A stretch of 64,000 bases of DNA from a bacterium (lineage in GTDB: Bacteria; Myxococcota_A; UBA9160; UBA6930), in the NCBI GenBank assembly GCA_024228115.1, contig JAAETT010000234.1, forward strand, positions 26,220-90,219, read 5' to 3'. The notes under the pieces are model-generated. The model was not told the DNA's origin, did not search any database, and saw nothing but the letters and a program-made list of their open reading frames with translations. The position numbers were made by a program, and so were the translations under genes. This document shows, piece by piece, positions 1 to 9,487 of the stretch (position 1 is the first letter of the stretch; each line of letters starts with the position of its first letter).

Positions 1-1153
1 TGGTATCGCGTCCCCGCCATACGCCGCCCTTGCTGCTCGTGATCGCAGCAGCGATCGCAGAGAGCGCTTCGTCCCAGCTGAGTTCACAAACCGGAAACAG
101 AATCCTGTGGCCCGGCGGCAGATAGGCCACCTTGTCGTCGCACTCGATCGCCAGACCCGCCGGCTCACCGACGAGACCACTCTCGAGATCGCCACCGACC
201 AATGCCAGGCTCAGGCCGCGCCCGGCCCCGCCCTTCAGCCATGCTGAAAGCTCGCGCTTCGTGGTGAGGATGTCGGTCGGAATCTCCGGAGCCCGTTCCT
301 CCGGCGCTCCGCCGGCGAGATCGTCGAGCAAGCGAGTGAACTCGAGACGCTTGTACATCTCCCGCAGCGCCCCGGTATCCGGCTCGGGAACACTGAGATC
401 CTTCGGCTGCCCCGGCAGGGGGACATCCGTGCGCAATGTCGCGAGCTGCTTCGAGAGCCGCGCCGCATCGGCCTGCCCCTCCAGGCCTTCCCTGGCTTTC
501 TTGCCTTTGACGTTGGCGGCATTCGCGATCAGGGTCTCGAGGTCACCCCACTCCCCGATCAATTTCGCTGCGCCCTTTTCGCCGATGCCCTTCACGCCGG
601 GAATATTGTCCGAGGGATCTCCAACCAGGGCACGGACATCGAGCAGTTGCGCCGGTGGGACACCGAAACGCGCTTCGACCTCTGCCGGACCGATGCGCTT
701 GTCCTTCATCGTGTCGAGCAGCACGACCCGATCGCTGACGAGCTGCATCAGATCCTTGTCCGTCGAGACGATCACCACCTCCAGATCGGCCGGTGAGTTC
801 TCGACCAGGCTGGCAATGACGTCATCGGCCTCGAAACCCGGAACCTCGAAGATCGGAATCGAAAAAGCCTCGATCAGCTCCCGAGCCACGGGGATCTGGA
901 CGGAAAGATCTTCGGGCTGAGCGTCTCGATTCGCTTTGTATTCGGCGTAGAGCTCCTTCCGGAAGGAACCCCCAGGCGGATCCATTGCGATGACGATGCC
1001 GTCGGGCGCTTCCTCGCGGAGCACCTTGCGCAGCATGTTCGCGAACCCATAGACCGCGTTCGTGGGAAAGCCGTCGGCATTGCGCAGCGGCGGCACCCCG
1101 AAGAAGGCGCGGTAGAGGAAGTTCGCCCCGTCGATCACGACCAGTCGGGACAC
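1..1153 (-). CDS. polA: DNA polymerase I, N-terminal part (5'-3' exonuclease domain and following region); the gene continues beyond the left edge
   Basis: Absent from the ORF track because it runs off the window. My minus-strand translation from GTG 1153 reads VSRLVVIDGANFLYRAFFGVPPLRNADGFPTNAVYGFANMLRKVL ... DNIPGVKGIGEKGAAKLIGEWGDL, the canonical Pol I 5'-nuclease. The + ORF 132..920 is its antisense shadow. Confidence 0.85.
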   Translation of the reverse strand, partial: MSRLVVIDGANFLYRAFFGVPPLRNADGFPTNAVYGFANMLRKVLREEAPDGIVIAMDPPGGSFRKELYAEYKANRDAQPEDLSVQIPVARELIEAFSIPIFEVPGFEADDVIASLVENSPADLEVVIVSTDKDLMQLVSDRVVLLDTMKDKRIGPAEVEARFGVPPAQLLDVRALVGDPSDNIPGVKGIGEKGAAKLIGEWGDLETLIANAANVKGKKAREGLEGQADAARLSKQLATLRTDVPLPGQPKDLSVPEPDTGALREMYKRLEFTRLLDDLAGGAPEERAPEIPTDILTTKRELSAWLKGGAGRGLSLALVGGDLESGLVGEPAGLAIECDDKVAYLPPGHRILFPVCELSWDEALSAIAAAITSSKGGVWRGRDT

Positions 1154-1191
1154 GTCGGCACGGTAGCAGAGGCGGCGCTAGCCTTGGCCCG

Positions 1192-1503
1192 ATGGCATCC
1201 CCGCAAGTTCCCCTGCGACCTCGCCGCCCGGTGTTTCGCGCCAGTTTCACCCTGAGCATGCTCTACTTGTTCGGCTTGTTCATCCTCTTTGCCCTGCTGC
1301 TTGCCCTTCCGGACCTGCTCCAGGCCGTCCAGCAACTGCCGCCGGGCCCCGAGGAACTCAGCGAGGAAGAACTCGAACTGGCAAAGCAGGTTGCCCGCCG
1401 CGCCCTGGGCGGAGGCCGACTCTTCCTGGCGGTCGGCTGCGCCGTCGTGACCCTCGGACTCGCGGCCTACCTGCAGGTCCTACCGGGGCTGAAGAACCGC
1501 TAG
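1192..1503 (+). CDS. small hypothetical membrane protein (two predicted hydrophobic helices)
   Basis: 103-aa ORF with hydrophobic stretches ([19 protein letters not shown] and [18 protein letters not shown]) and GC-rich third codon positions. No family recognised. Confidence 0.45.
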   Translation: MASPQVPLRPRRPVFRASFTLSMLYLFGLFILFALLLALPDLLQAVQQLPPGPEELSEEELELAKQVARRALGGGRLFLAVGCAVVTLGLAAYLQVLPGLKNR

Positions 1504-1742
1504 GAGGCCGTCTTGGCCGTGATGTAGGCCTGGACATCCGCAACCGTCTGAAGGGATTCCGCATCCTCGTCGGGGACGATGATGTCGTAGCTCTCCTCGA
1601 GGGCCATGACGAGTTCGACCACATCGAGAGAATCGGCACCGAGATCATCGAGGATACGGGCCCCGGGCACGACCTCCTGGGGCGAGGCGCCCAACTGACT
1701 GCAGATGATCTCACGCAGGCGGGCCAGCAGGTCGTCGTTCAA
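1500..1742 (-). CDS. acyl carrier protein (stand-alone)
   Basis: 80 aa with the phosphopantetheine attachment motif [17 protein letters not shown]. No fab genes are adjacent. Confidence 0.85.
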   Translation of the reverse strand: MNDDLLARLREIICSQLGASPQEVVPGARILDDLGADSLDVVELVMALEESYDIIVPDEDAESLQTVADVQAYITAKTAS

Positions 1743-1754
1743 CCTCGGGCCCTC

Positions 1755-2387
1755 CTACGGAGCACTGCGCATTCCGCGCAGGAAGATCTCGACCATGTCG
1801 CGGAAGACCTGGTCGAGGGGGCGATCACGCAAGCGGCGGCGTGGCGCGGCCAACTCGGTCTGGATGACACCGTTGGCCATCGTCCACAGGATGTTGGCCA
1901 CCTCCCAGCTATCACAGGGCGCGAACTCGCCGCTCTCGACACCGCGATCGATCGCGGCGGCGAGAATCTTCAGACAACTATGCCAGAGACGGGTGATCTC
2001 CTGCACCAGGGCATCCGGGAGGTCGCCGATCACTTCCTGGTTGTCGAGGGCCCAGAAGATCCAGAAGTTCTCCCGGTTGCGCGTCCAATGATCGACGTAG
2101 AACCGACCGAGTTCGCGAATCTGGTCCGCCGCCGAGCCAGGCGTCCGAGCAGCCTCTCCGAGCCGCTCCTGGAAGATCGCACCACCGTCCGCGAGCAGAG
2201 CGACGTAGAGATCGCCCTTGTTCTCGAAGTAGCGGTAGAGCGTCCCCTTCGCGACACCGGCGATCTGCGCGACCTCGTCGAGGTTCGCGTTCATGAAGCC
2301 GTCTCGGAAGAAGACACCCCGTGCAGCCTCGAGGATTCGTCCCCGCTGCAGGGTGCGTCGGTCTCCCCCGGACGCCGGATCAGACAC
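1755..2387 (-). CDS. TetR/AcrR family transcriptional regulator
   Basis: HTH region [45 protein letters not shown]. The start was trimmed to GTG 2387 (VSDPASGG...), which overlaps the cysK stop. The upstream part of ORF 1755..2507 overlaps cysK out of frame. Confidence 0.85.
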   Translation of the reverse strand: MSDPASGGDRRTLQRGRILEAARGVFFRDGFMNANLDEVAQIAGVAKGTLYRYFENKGDLYVALLADGGAIFQERLGEAARTPGSAADQIRELGRFYVDHWTRNRENFWIFWALDNQEVIGDLPDALVQEITRLWHSCLKILAAAIDRGVESGEFAPCDSWEVANILWTMANGVIQTELAAPRRRLRDRPLDQVFRDMVEIFLRGMRSAP

Positions 2388-3339
2388 CGACGTCGTCACT
2401 GCCCTCGTATCGATAGGGCTCGAACAACTTGGTGTTGAGATACCGCTCGCCGAAGCTCGGAATGATGACCACGACCAGCTTGCCCTGGTTGTCGGGCTTC
2501 CGGCCATACTCGAGGGCCGCGCTTACGGCCGCACCGGACGAGATTCCGCAGAGGATGCCTTCCTCGGAGGCCAGGCGACGAGCCATGTCGAAGGCAGCGT
2601 CGGCGCTGACCTTGATCACGGAATCGATCAGGGATTGATCGAGAACGTCGGGGATGAAACCGGCGCCAATGCCTTGGATCGGATGGGGGCCCGGCGAGCC
2701 ACCGGAAAGCACGGGGCTCGCCTCGGGCTCGATGGCAATCGCCTCGAAGGAGGCTTTCTTCTCCTTCAGCGCCTGGGCGATCCCCGTGATCGTGCCGCCC
2801 GTGCCCACGCCGGAAATCAAGGCATCGACTTGCCCGTCCGTATCCTCCCAGATCTCCAGCGCCGTCGTGTTGCGGTGGACCTCCGGGTTGGCCGGATTCA
2901 TGAACTGCTGGGGCATGAATCCGTCGGGAATCTCGGCGACGAGCTGGTTCGCCTTCTCCACGGCGCCGCGCATCCCCTTGGCGCCCTCGGTCAGGACGAG
3001 CTTTGCGCCGAATGCGCGAAGAACGACGCGCCGCTCCAGGCTCATCGTCTCCGGCATCACGAGAACACAGGAGTAGCCCTTCACCGCGGCCACGAACGCC
3101 AATGCGATCCCGGTGTTGCCGCTGGTGGGCTCGACGATCACGGTCTTGCCCGGCGTGATCGCGCCGTCGCGTTCGGCGGCCTCGATCATCGCGAGCCCGA
3201 TTCGGTCCTTCACGCTCGCTGCGGGGTTCTGGCCTTCGAGCTTGCAGACGATCTGGGCATCGACGCCCGCCGATACCGTATTCAGACGCACGAGCGGCGT
3301 ACGTCCGATGAGTTCGGTGATGTTGTTGGCGATGTTCAT
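2380..3339 (-). CDS. cysK: cysteine synthase A (O-acetylserine sulfhydrylase)
   Basis: [20 protein letters not shown] start and the PLP-lysine motif [14 protein letters not shown] 3339 is preceded by GGAAGGA. The 90 aa upstream of it in the track ORF are Arg/Pro-rich junk. Confidence 0.9.
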   Translation of the reverse strand: MNIANNITELIGRTPLVRLNTVSAGVDAQIVCKLEGQNPAASVKDRIGLAMIEAAERDGAITPGKTVIVEPTSGNTGIALAFVAAVKGYSCVLVMPETMSLERRVVLRAFGAKLVLTEGAKGMRGAVEKANQLVAEIPDGFMPQQFMNPANPEVHRNTTALEIWEDTDGQVDALISGVGTGGTITGIAQALKEKKASFEAIAIEPEASPVLSGGSPGPHPIQGIGAGFIPDVLDQSLIDSVIKVSADAAFDMARRLASEEGILCGISSGAAVSAALEYGRKPDNQGKLVVVIIPSFGERYLNTKLFEPYRYEGSDDVGV

Positions 3340-3373
3340 GCTGTTCCTTCCTGGGAATCGCGAGTGCCCGAGA

Positions 3374-4426
3374 CTACCCCGGCTGCTGGAGCGAGTCATC
3401 CGTCGACCCGAAAACGCTGGCCATGAGGACGGTGGCATAGCTGCCAGGCGGCAGGCGAAACACCAGCCGAAGGGCGTCGCCGGCGACGGGCTCCCAGCTG
3501 AGATCCGATGCACGCACGCGCAGCGGACGTCGCCCGCCGCGCAGCCGAAGCCCACGCGGTGGAACCAACGGGTCCGGGAGCCCCCAGCCGGAGAGCCATT
3601 TGGCCTCATCCTCTCCCGCCGGCCCTTCTGGCCTGGGCATGCGAGTACCGACGATCGGCCCGCTCGGGCTGATCTCGAACGCCTCCGCCCGAACGTTTTC
3701 GAGTGCCTCGTCCTCCACCAGGAAGGTCGCCCCGGAATCGTGCTTCCAGGCGACCTCCCCCAGAGCTACACGGTCGAGGGGCAACGTCCGGCGCTGGAGG
3801 TAGTCATTGAACAACTGGGCCTGGAATGCGGAAACCAGAAAACGCGATTGACGCTTGTCCCGCCCCATGCGACCCGACCGCAGGATTTCGAGGCCGCGCT
3901 CGGCATTGTCCCCCTCGCGACCGAAGCGTTGCGGGCCGAAGCGATTCGCAAAGCCGCCCCGTGCGATCTCCGGCAGGCGGGCCCTGGCGCGCGCCACCTC
4001 CTCCGCCGAAAGCTGGCGCACCACGAGTTCGAAGCGATTCTCGCGGAGCTGCCCCGTGCGAAGCTTGTGCTGATGGGGCACCGCCTCGAGCACCGTCCAG
4101 CCCTCGCCCTCGAGTGCCAACGCCTCCGCCGAATCCAGGCCGGGAACCGAGAACCATTGCCGTGTGATGGCCACCCGATCCTTGCGACCGGCGTATCCGA
4201 CATCTCGCGGCCGCACGTCCGCTGCTCGCGCCAGCGCCCTGGCGACTTGCTCGGTGTTGCACAAGCGCTTCTCGACCCGCACGAAGGTATGCTCGCCCTC
4301 GCCACTCGGCGGATACAGCGGGACCTCGTCCACGACGAAGTCCTCCGGAGCCTCCGCAACCTTCAAAACGAAGGCGGCGACGAGAGCTGGCGCACGGGGC
4401 CGAAGGACCGGCGATGTATCGGGCAC
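3374..4426 (-). CDS. truD: tRNA pseudouridine(13) synthase TruD
   Basis: [27 protein letters not shown] and [13 protein letters not shown] motifs. The start is uncertain; it overlaps the rnhB end by 64 nt. Confidence 0.85.
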   Translation of the reverse strand: MPDTSPVLRPRAPALVAAFVLKVAEAPEDFVVDEVPLYPPSGEGEHTFVRVEKRLCNTEQVARALARAADVRPRDVGYAGRKDRVAITRQWFSVPGLDSAEALALEGEGWTVLEAVPHQHKLRTGQLRENRFELVVRQLSAEEVARARARLPEIARGGFANRFGPQRFGREGDNAERGLEILRSGRMGRDKRQSRFLVSAFQAQLFNDYLQRRTLPLDRVALGEVAWKHDSGATFLVEDEALENVRAEAFEISPSGPIVGTRMPRPEGPAGEDEAKWLSGWGLPDPLVPPRGLRLRGGRRPLRVRASDLSWEPVAGDALRLVFRLPPGSYATVLMASVFGSTDDSLQQPG

Positions 4427-5160
4427 GGCCCCTCGTGGCGGAGTGCGGCCATATGCTCTTCGGTGCCGTAGCCCTTGTGGCGGGCGAAGCCGTAGCCCGG
4501 GTACACGGCGTCGAAGCGGCGCATGATCTCATCCCGATGCACCTTGGCGACGATCGAGGCGGCCGCAATCGAAGCATCCTTGCCATCCCCCCCGATGATC
4601 GGCGTCTGCGGGACATCGATGCCGGGAATCCTACGGGCGTCCACCAGGACGTGATCCGGTTGAACCGGGAGGTCGGCCACGGCACCCTGCATCGCGCGCA
4701 AGGTCGCCTGGAAGATGTTGATCTCGTCGATCTCCTCGGTCCACACCTGGCAGATGCCGATCGCCACGGCCTGGCTGCGAATGGCGGCATCGAGGGTTTC
4801 GCGTTTCTCGCGGGTGAGCTTCTTCGAATCGTTGAGTCCGAGCAGGTCGGGTGCGTCCCCGAGCACCACGGCCGCCGCCACGACCGGCCCCGCCAGGGGC
4901 CCGACACCGACCTCGTCAACCCCTGCAACCACGCGAACGCCTCGCGCGTGGAGGGTTGTGCGCAACTGATAGAGACCCTCGAGGCGCTCCCGCTCTCGCC
5001 CGATTTTCTCAGCGCGCCGCAGGCAGCTCTCGCCAAGGGCTCGCGCCCCCGTCCGTGCGTCGTTCGCGAGTTCGGCAGCCAACTCCTGCAGGCCGGATTC
5101 AGTGGCCGTGGCTTGCGCCCGCTTGCGAAGGGCCGTGAGTGAACGCGCGCCGCGACTCAC
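4363..5160 (-). CDS. rnhB: ribonuclease HII
   Basis: VAGVDEVGVGPLAGPVVAAAVVL, DSKKLTREKRE and YGFARHKGYGT motifs. Confidence 0.85.
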   Translation of the reverse strand: MSRGARSLTALRKRAQATATESGLQELAAELANDARTGARALGESCLRRAEKIGRERERLEGLYQLRTTLHARGVRVVAGVDEVGVGPLAGPVVAAAVVLGDAPDLLGLNDSKKLTREKRETLDAAIRSQAVAIGICQVWTEEIDEINIFQATLRAMQGAVADLPVQPDHVLVDARRIPGIDVPQTPIIGGDGKDASIAAASIVAKVHRDEIMRRFDAVYPGYGFARHKGYGTEEHMAALRHEGPCPIHRRSFGPVRQLSSPPSF

Positions 5161-6188
5161 GAATCCTCCCCAACATCCCGGGTCTTCTTTTCCACCGCCC
5201 GCAGCCTGCGCACGATCTCCGGCAGCTTTGCGAAGACCGCCATGGAACGGTGCCAGGCACGTTCGGGAATCGAAGGAAAACCCCAGACGCGGCTACCCGG
5301 CGGAAGATCCTCGATCACCCCACCCCGAGCGCCGACGAATGCCCCGTCGCCGATCGTGATGTGCCCGCCGACCCCCGATTGGGCCATACAGATCACGCGA
5401 TCACCCAACGTCGCCGTTCCCGCCACCCCGGTTTGCGCAACCAGGATGCCGTGTTCGCCGATTTCGACGTTGTGCCCGACCATGACCAGATTGTCGATCT
5501 TGGTCCCTCGGCCGATACGGGTCGTCCCGAGACGAGCGCGATCCACCGTGCTGTTGGCACCGATCTCGACGTCGTCCTCGATCACCACGTTGCCGACCTG
5601 CGGCACCTTCTCATGCTCGCCGCGCTCGTTGAATTCGTAACCGAAGCCGTCTCCGCCGACGGCTACGCCGGGCTGGAGGATCACCCGATCGCCGAGCGTG
5701 CAACCTTCGCGAACGACGGCCCCGGCGTGTAGCCAACAGCCGCGGCCGATCGTGGTGCCGGCTCCCACGACGACGCGCGCACCCAGCACGGTCTCGGCCC
5801 CGATCGTCGCTCCAGCCTCGACGACGGCCAGCGCGCCGATCGCCGAGGACGGATCGACCTTCGCGTCCGCCGCGACGATCGCACTCGGGTGGATTCCTGC
5901 CGGCGGACGCGCGGGAGGCCGCAGCCAACCCGTCGCCCGGGCGAAATCCAGATTCGGAAGCGGGGAACGGATCGCAGGCCGCCCTCCGACCTCCACTTCC
6001 GGTGGCGCGATCACGGCGCCAAGGGAGGATTCCGCCAATGCGGCGGCGTGGGACGCCGAACGCAGGAAGCCCAGGTCACGCGGGCCTCCGTCCTCGAGGC
6101 CAGCCACGTCTTCGACCACGAAGGCAGCGTCGCCTTCGACTTCACGTCCGCCGAGCCTTGCTGCCAGCTCGCCGATCTCGATCCCCAT
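5157..6188 (-). CDS. lpxD: UDP-3-O-(3-hydroxyacyl)glucosamine N-acyltransferase
   Basis: Left-handed beta-helix hexapeptide repeats along the length (GHNVEIGEHGILVAQTGVAGTATLGDRV) with an LpxD-type N-terminal domain. 4-nt overlap with rnhB. Confidence 0.9.
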   Translation of the reverse strand: MGIEIGELAARLGGREVEGDAAFVVEDVAGLEDGGPRDLGFLRSASHAAALAESSLGAVIAPPEVEVGGRPAIRSPLPNLDFARATGWLRPPARPPAGIHPSAIVAADAKVDPSSAIGALAVVEAGATIGAETVLGARVVVGAGTTIGRGCWLHAGAVVREGCTLGDRVILQPGVAVGGDGFGYEFNERGEHEKVPQVGNVVIEDDVEIGANSTVDRARLGTTRIGRGTKIDNLVMVGHNVEIGEHGILVAQTGVAGTATLGDRVICMAQSGVGGHITIGDGAFVGARGGVIEDLPPGSRVWGFPSIPERAWHRSMAVFAKLPEIVRRLRAVEKKTRDVGEDS

Positions 6189-6248
6189 CGGTGTTCGCCG
6201 CCCCCGTTCGCTTCCGAGAGGCTAGCGTGAATGGCGGGGACGTTCTCT

Positions 6249-7070
6249 CTAGCGGGCCAGCAGCACCGGCACAGGCGAGGTGCGAACGACGGCGCTGGCA
6301 TTGCTGCCCAGGAAGTACTCGTTGATGCGATTGCGGCCGAAGGCGCCCATCACGATCAAGCCGGCGCGAGCCGCCCTGGCCGTATCCACGATCTTCACAT
6401 CGGGGCGCCCAAGGGTCGAGGACGCCTCGCGTACGGGCACCGTGAGGGTTCCGAGCAGCCGACGGACTTCGTCGAAGCGCGCAGCCGCGCGGCCCTTGTC
6501 CTTCGAATCCACGAACACATGAACCGTCTGCTCGAGGCGCGCGGCCAGTTCGACCGCCAACTTGGCAGCGACCCGGGAGCCGGGAGAACCATCGAAGGCC
6601 AGCACGATGGGGCCGCCGAACTCGGAACCGGCGGGCACCACGACCACGGCCTTGCCTGTCTTTCGTAACGTGCCGTCGGCCGTTGAACCGATCAGGCCGG
6701 TGCGACAGCCGGCGTGCTCACCGTCTCGTCCGATCACGACCATGTCGACGGCCTGCCCGCGCTCCACGATCCGGTCGTCGGCGATGCCTCGCACAGCCTC
6801 GGCCGCACATTCGCTCTGGCTGTTGCGCGCCGCCTCGGAAAGACGCCGGCACGCGGCTTCGGCTCGGGCCTTCAGGAAGCCTTCGATGCCAGTCAGGTTC
6901 GGTGGTGCAATACCCAATGCATCGGCCCGCAGGCCTTGGGCCACCTTGTCCTCGATGACTGCCAGACCGGCAAGCCGGGCCCGCAGGCGCGAACCCAATG
7001 CCACGCCATAACGCTCGGCGTGGTGTGCGGCATCAGAGCCGTCGGTGGCAATCAGGATGGTCTCGATCAT
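6249..7070 (-). CDS. universal stress protein, tandem UspA domains
   Basis: ILIATDGSDAAHHAERYG in domain 1. Domain 2 has VVVVPAGSEFGGPIVLAFDGSPGS and a GLIVMGAFGRNRINEYFLGSNASAVV ATP-binding-type tail. Confidence 0.8.
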   Translation of the reverse strand: MIETILIATDGSDAAHHAERYGVALGSRLRARLAGLAVIEDKVAQGLRADALGIAPPNLTGIEGFLKARAEAACRRLSEAARNSQSECAAEAVRGIADDRIVERGQAVDMVVIGRDGEHAGCRTGLIGSTADGTLRKTGKAVVVVPAGSEFGGPIVLAFDGSPGSRVAAKLAVELAARLEQTVHVFVDSKDKGRAAARFDEVRRLLGTLTVPVREASSTLGRPDVKIVDTARAARAGLIVMGAFGRNRINEYFLGSNASAVVRTSPVPVLLAR

Positions 7071-7309
7071 GGAGTTCTCCGCGCTGGAGCTAGCGCTTCT
7101 GCGGTCTCTAGGTGAGCAGCCGATCCTTCGACCCGAGGGGCACGCGGGGCTGGGTGTTGGCCATGAGTGGACGGTTCTCCGGTGTCGTGTCCGGGCCGAT
7201 CTTCCGGTCCCGGCGGGGTCGAGGGTACGAGAGCCCCGCGGGGCCTGTCAATCGTATTGAAAAATCCCGGCGGGGGTCACAACCGGGGCCCGATGAGACC
7301 GGCCGGGGC

Positions 7310-7732
7310 TCATGAATCCTCACCGGCGACCCCTGCCACCCAGCGAAGGATGTCCGTCTCGGTGATCATGCCCAGCAGCTGGTCTCCATCCAGCACGGGC
7401 AGGCAGCCGATCCTGCTCTCGGCCATGATCAGCGCCGCTTCCTCGATCGTGGCATCCGGCTGTACCACGATGGGCGGCGTGGACATGACCCTCTCGATCT
7501 CCACCATATGCATGAAGGCCCGGCGCTCATCGTCTCGATGTTCCGAGAGCACCGAGAGGGAAGCCCGCAGCAGATCGCGCTCGGAGACCACCCCCACGAG
7601 CTGGCCCGCCTGGACGACGGGCATGTGGCGCACGTGACCAAGGGTCATGATATCCTCGACGGTCGAGAGGCGGTCGCCCGCCGAAATGGTGACCAGTTGG
7701 CGGCCCATGATGTCGCGAACGCGATCTTCCAC
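7310..7732 (-). CDS. CBS domain pair protein
   Basis: 140 aa from GTG 7732, with a GGGAGAG RBS upstream. Two CBS repeats (VRDIMGRQLVTISAGDRLSTVEDIM..., VERVMSTPPIVVQPDATIEEAALIMAESRIGCLPV). The remaining 265 aa of track ORF 7310..8527 are a shadow. Confidence 0.8.
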   Translation of the reverse strand: MEDRVRDIMGRQLVTISAGDRLSTVEDIMTLGHVRHMPVVQAGQLVGVVSERDLLRASLSVLSEHRDDERRAFMHMVEIERVMSTPPIVVQPDATIEEAALIMAESRIGCLPVLDGDQLLGMITETDILRWVAGVAGEDS

Positions 7733-7784
7733 TCTCTCTCCCTTGTCCCCAGGTGGGGCGCATTCTAGACCGCGAGCTCCGTCG

Positions 7785-8186
7785 ATGGCATCGGAATCCG
7801 CATCCAAACACAGGAACGCTCGGGACGCCGAGGATGAAACCCCGGACGGATTCGACCCGACGGCCGCCGAAGACGCCGCGGGCTTCTTCCCCGATCTGCT
7901 GCGCCGCGGCTTGTCCATGGGCTTTACGGGCCTTTTCATGACGGAAGAGGCCGTCCGCCGGGCATTGGGCGATTCCGTCCCGCGCGACGTCCTCGAATTC
8001 TTCATCGCCCAGAGTGAAAGAACCCGCACCGAGATGCTCGAACGCCTGTCGAAGGAGTTTGGCCGCACCCTCGAGGCGCTGGATCCAGTCGAACTCGCTC
8101 GGCGGCTGCTGGATGGTGCCACGGTCGAGGTCAGCGCCAAGGTGCGCTTCGTTCCCGACAAAGACAAGGACCGGAACGAGAAATGA
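7785..8186 (+). CDS. hypothetical protein (acidic N-terminus, helical C-terminal part)
   Basis: Start trimmed to ATG 7785 (MASESASKH...). The sequence GFFPDLLRRGLSMGFTGLFMTEEAVRRALGDSVPRDVLEFFIAQSERTRTEMLERLSKEF looks protein-like. ATGA overlap with the next gene. No family recognised. Confidence 0.45.
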   Translation: MASESASKHRNARDAEDETPDGFDPTAAEDAAGFFPDLLRRGLSMGFTGLFMTEEAVRRALGDSVPRDVLEFFIAQSERTRTEMLERLSKEFGRTLEALDPVELARRLLDGATVEVSAKVRFVPDKDKDRNEK

Positions 8187-9454
8187 GTGCCCCTTCCGTT
8201 GGGGCCACATGGACCCGCCATGCCGGCCCGGTGTTGAGCCTCACCTCGCTCGTCTACGTCATCTTCCTCCACCACGGCCTCGGGCCGAATCTCTCCCTGG
8301 GCGGCCAGCGCTGGTGGATGCCAAGCGGCTTCCTCTCGGAGGTTGCGCCAAGCACCCTGGCCGTCGCCTTCGGCTTGTTCGGGCTGATCGCCCTGGCGCT
8401 GGCCTGGGCTCTCTTCCGGACTTCCGGGTCCGCGGTACTGCGCTGGTTGGTCGTCTCCCAGGTACTCGCCGTGGGCTTGTTGGTGAGCTTCGGGATCGGT
8501 TCGAGCCGGGCCTGGACGTTCTTCCACTGGCGCTGGAGCCTCTCCCTTGGCCTCCTGGCCCTCGCCGTAGGCGCCGCACTCACGGCTCCCCTGCTCGCGG
8601 CCGCTTGGAGCAAGCTGCCCGGCTGGGCCCGCGTTGCCAGCTATGGACCGGTGTTCCTCGGCCTCGTCGCCTTCGAGCGAAATGTAACCGGCACGAACCC
8701 GACACTTCCCTTCGCTATCTCTCCATGGCCGGTGGTGCAGATCTTTGGCCTGGAAGTGGTTGGCAGCTGGCTTGCCGCGACGTGGCTGGGGGTGGGCGTG
8801 GGCTTGACCGTGGTCAGCCGTGGCCCCCGCAGCTCCGGGCGTTCGGCGCTAGCGGCCGCCGCAGCCCTCGCCGTGCCGCTCTGCTGGCTGGGCTTCGGGC
8901 GCCAGTTCGCTTTACTTCCGTTCCGGACGGGCGCCGCGACCATCGTTGCGGCAGCCCTCGTCGTGCTGCTGCTGTTCGGAGCGCTCGCGTGGGCTTTCCG
9001 GGAGTCCGGCGAGGCGTCGTCTTCCAGGGTGCGAGCCGTCCTGCTAGGCGGGTTGCTCGCTACTGCACCCTTGCTGCTCGGCCAGATGCTCACCGTGCTC
9101 GACTACCAGACGACCCGGGAAGAAGCGGCTCCCGCCGTGACCGACGCCCTCCAACGATTCCTCGATCGGGAAGGCACGTTCCCAGACGAGCTCCAGGAGT
9201 TGGTGGCCGCCGGGGATCTCGAAGAAACCCCGAGGCAGGTCGGATTCCTGAGCGGTAGCGGTCAAACGTTCGACTATCAGAGCTTCGGAACCGGCTACAT
9301 CCTCGAGTTCTCCGCGCCCCGCTGGATCCAATGCGCCTACAACCCGCCCTGGGCCGATGATCTCTCGGACGAGGAAAGAGCGGAACTCGAGGCCGATGAT
9401 GTCGAGCTCGGCGGTGCGTGGTCCTGCCCGAGCAAGCCGCCGGAGCTCTGGTAG
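8183..9454 (+). CDS. polytopic membrane protein with a C-terminal soluble domain, unknown function
   Basis: 423 aa with about 9-10 hydrophobic segments, then a soluble Asp/Glu-rich tail (TFPDELQELVAAGDLEE ... CAYNPPWADDLSDEERAELE). Coupled to 7785..8186. Confidence 0.55.
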   Translation: MSAPSVGATWTRHAGPVLSLTSLVYVIFLHHGLGPNLSLGGQRWWMPSGFLSEVAPSTLAVAFGLFGLIALALAWALFRTSGSAVLRWLVVSQVLAVGLLVSFGIGSSRAWTFFHWRWSLSLGLLALAVGAALTAPLLAAAWSKLPGWARVASYGPVFLGLVAFERNVTGTNPTLPFAISPWPVVQIFGLEVVGSWLAATWLGVGVGLTVVSRGPRSSGRSALAAAAALAVPLCWLGFGRQFALLPFRTGAATIVAAALVVLLLFGALAWAFRESGEASSSRVRAVLLGGLLATAPLLLGQMLTVLDYQTTREEAAPAVTDALQRFLDREGTFPDELQELVAAGDLEETPRQVGFLSGSGQTFDYQSFGTGYILEFSAPRWIQCAYNPPWADDLSDEERAELEADDVELGGAWSCPSKPPELW

Positions 9455-9487
9455 GCTGGCCCTTCAGCGCGCCCTGCGGAGCCCCAC

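Noticed and set aside
132-920. 262-aa + strand ORF
   Set aside because: It is Ser/Arg/Pro-rich and low-complexity, and lies exactly antisense to the well-supported polA 5'-nuclease domain. This is a typical high-GC shadow ORF.
8014-9258. 414-aa + ORF overlapping 8183..9454 in another frame
   Set aside because: Its composition is Arg/Pro/Gly-rich. The alternative frame encodes a coherent multi-TM protein with better third-position GC.
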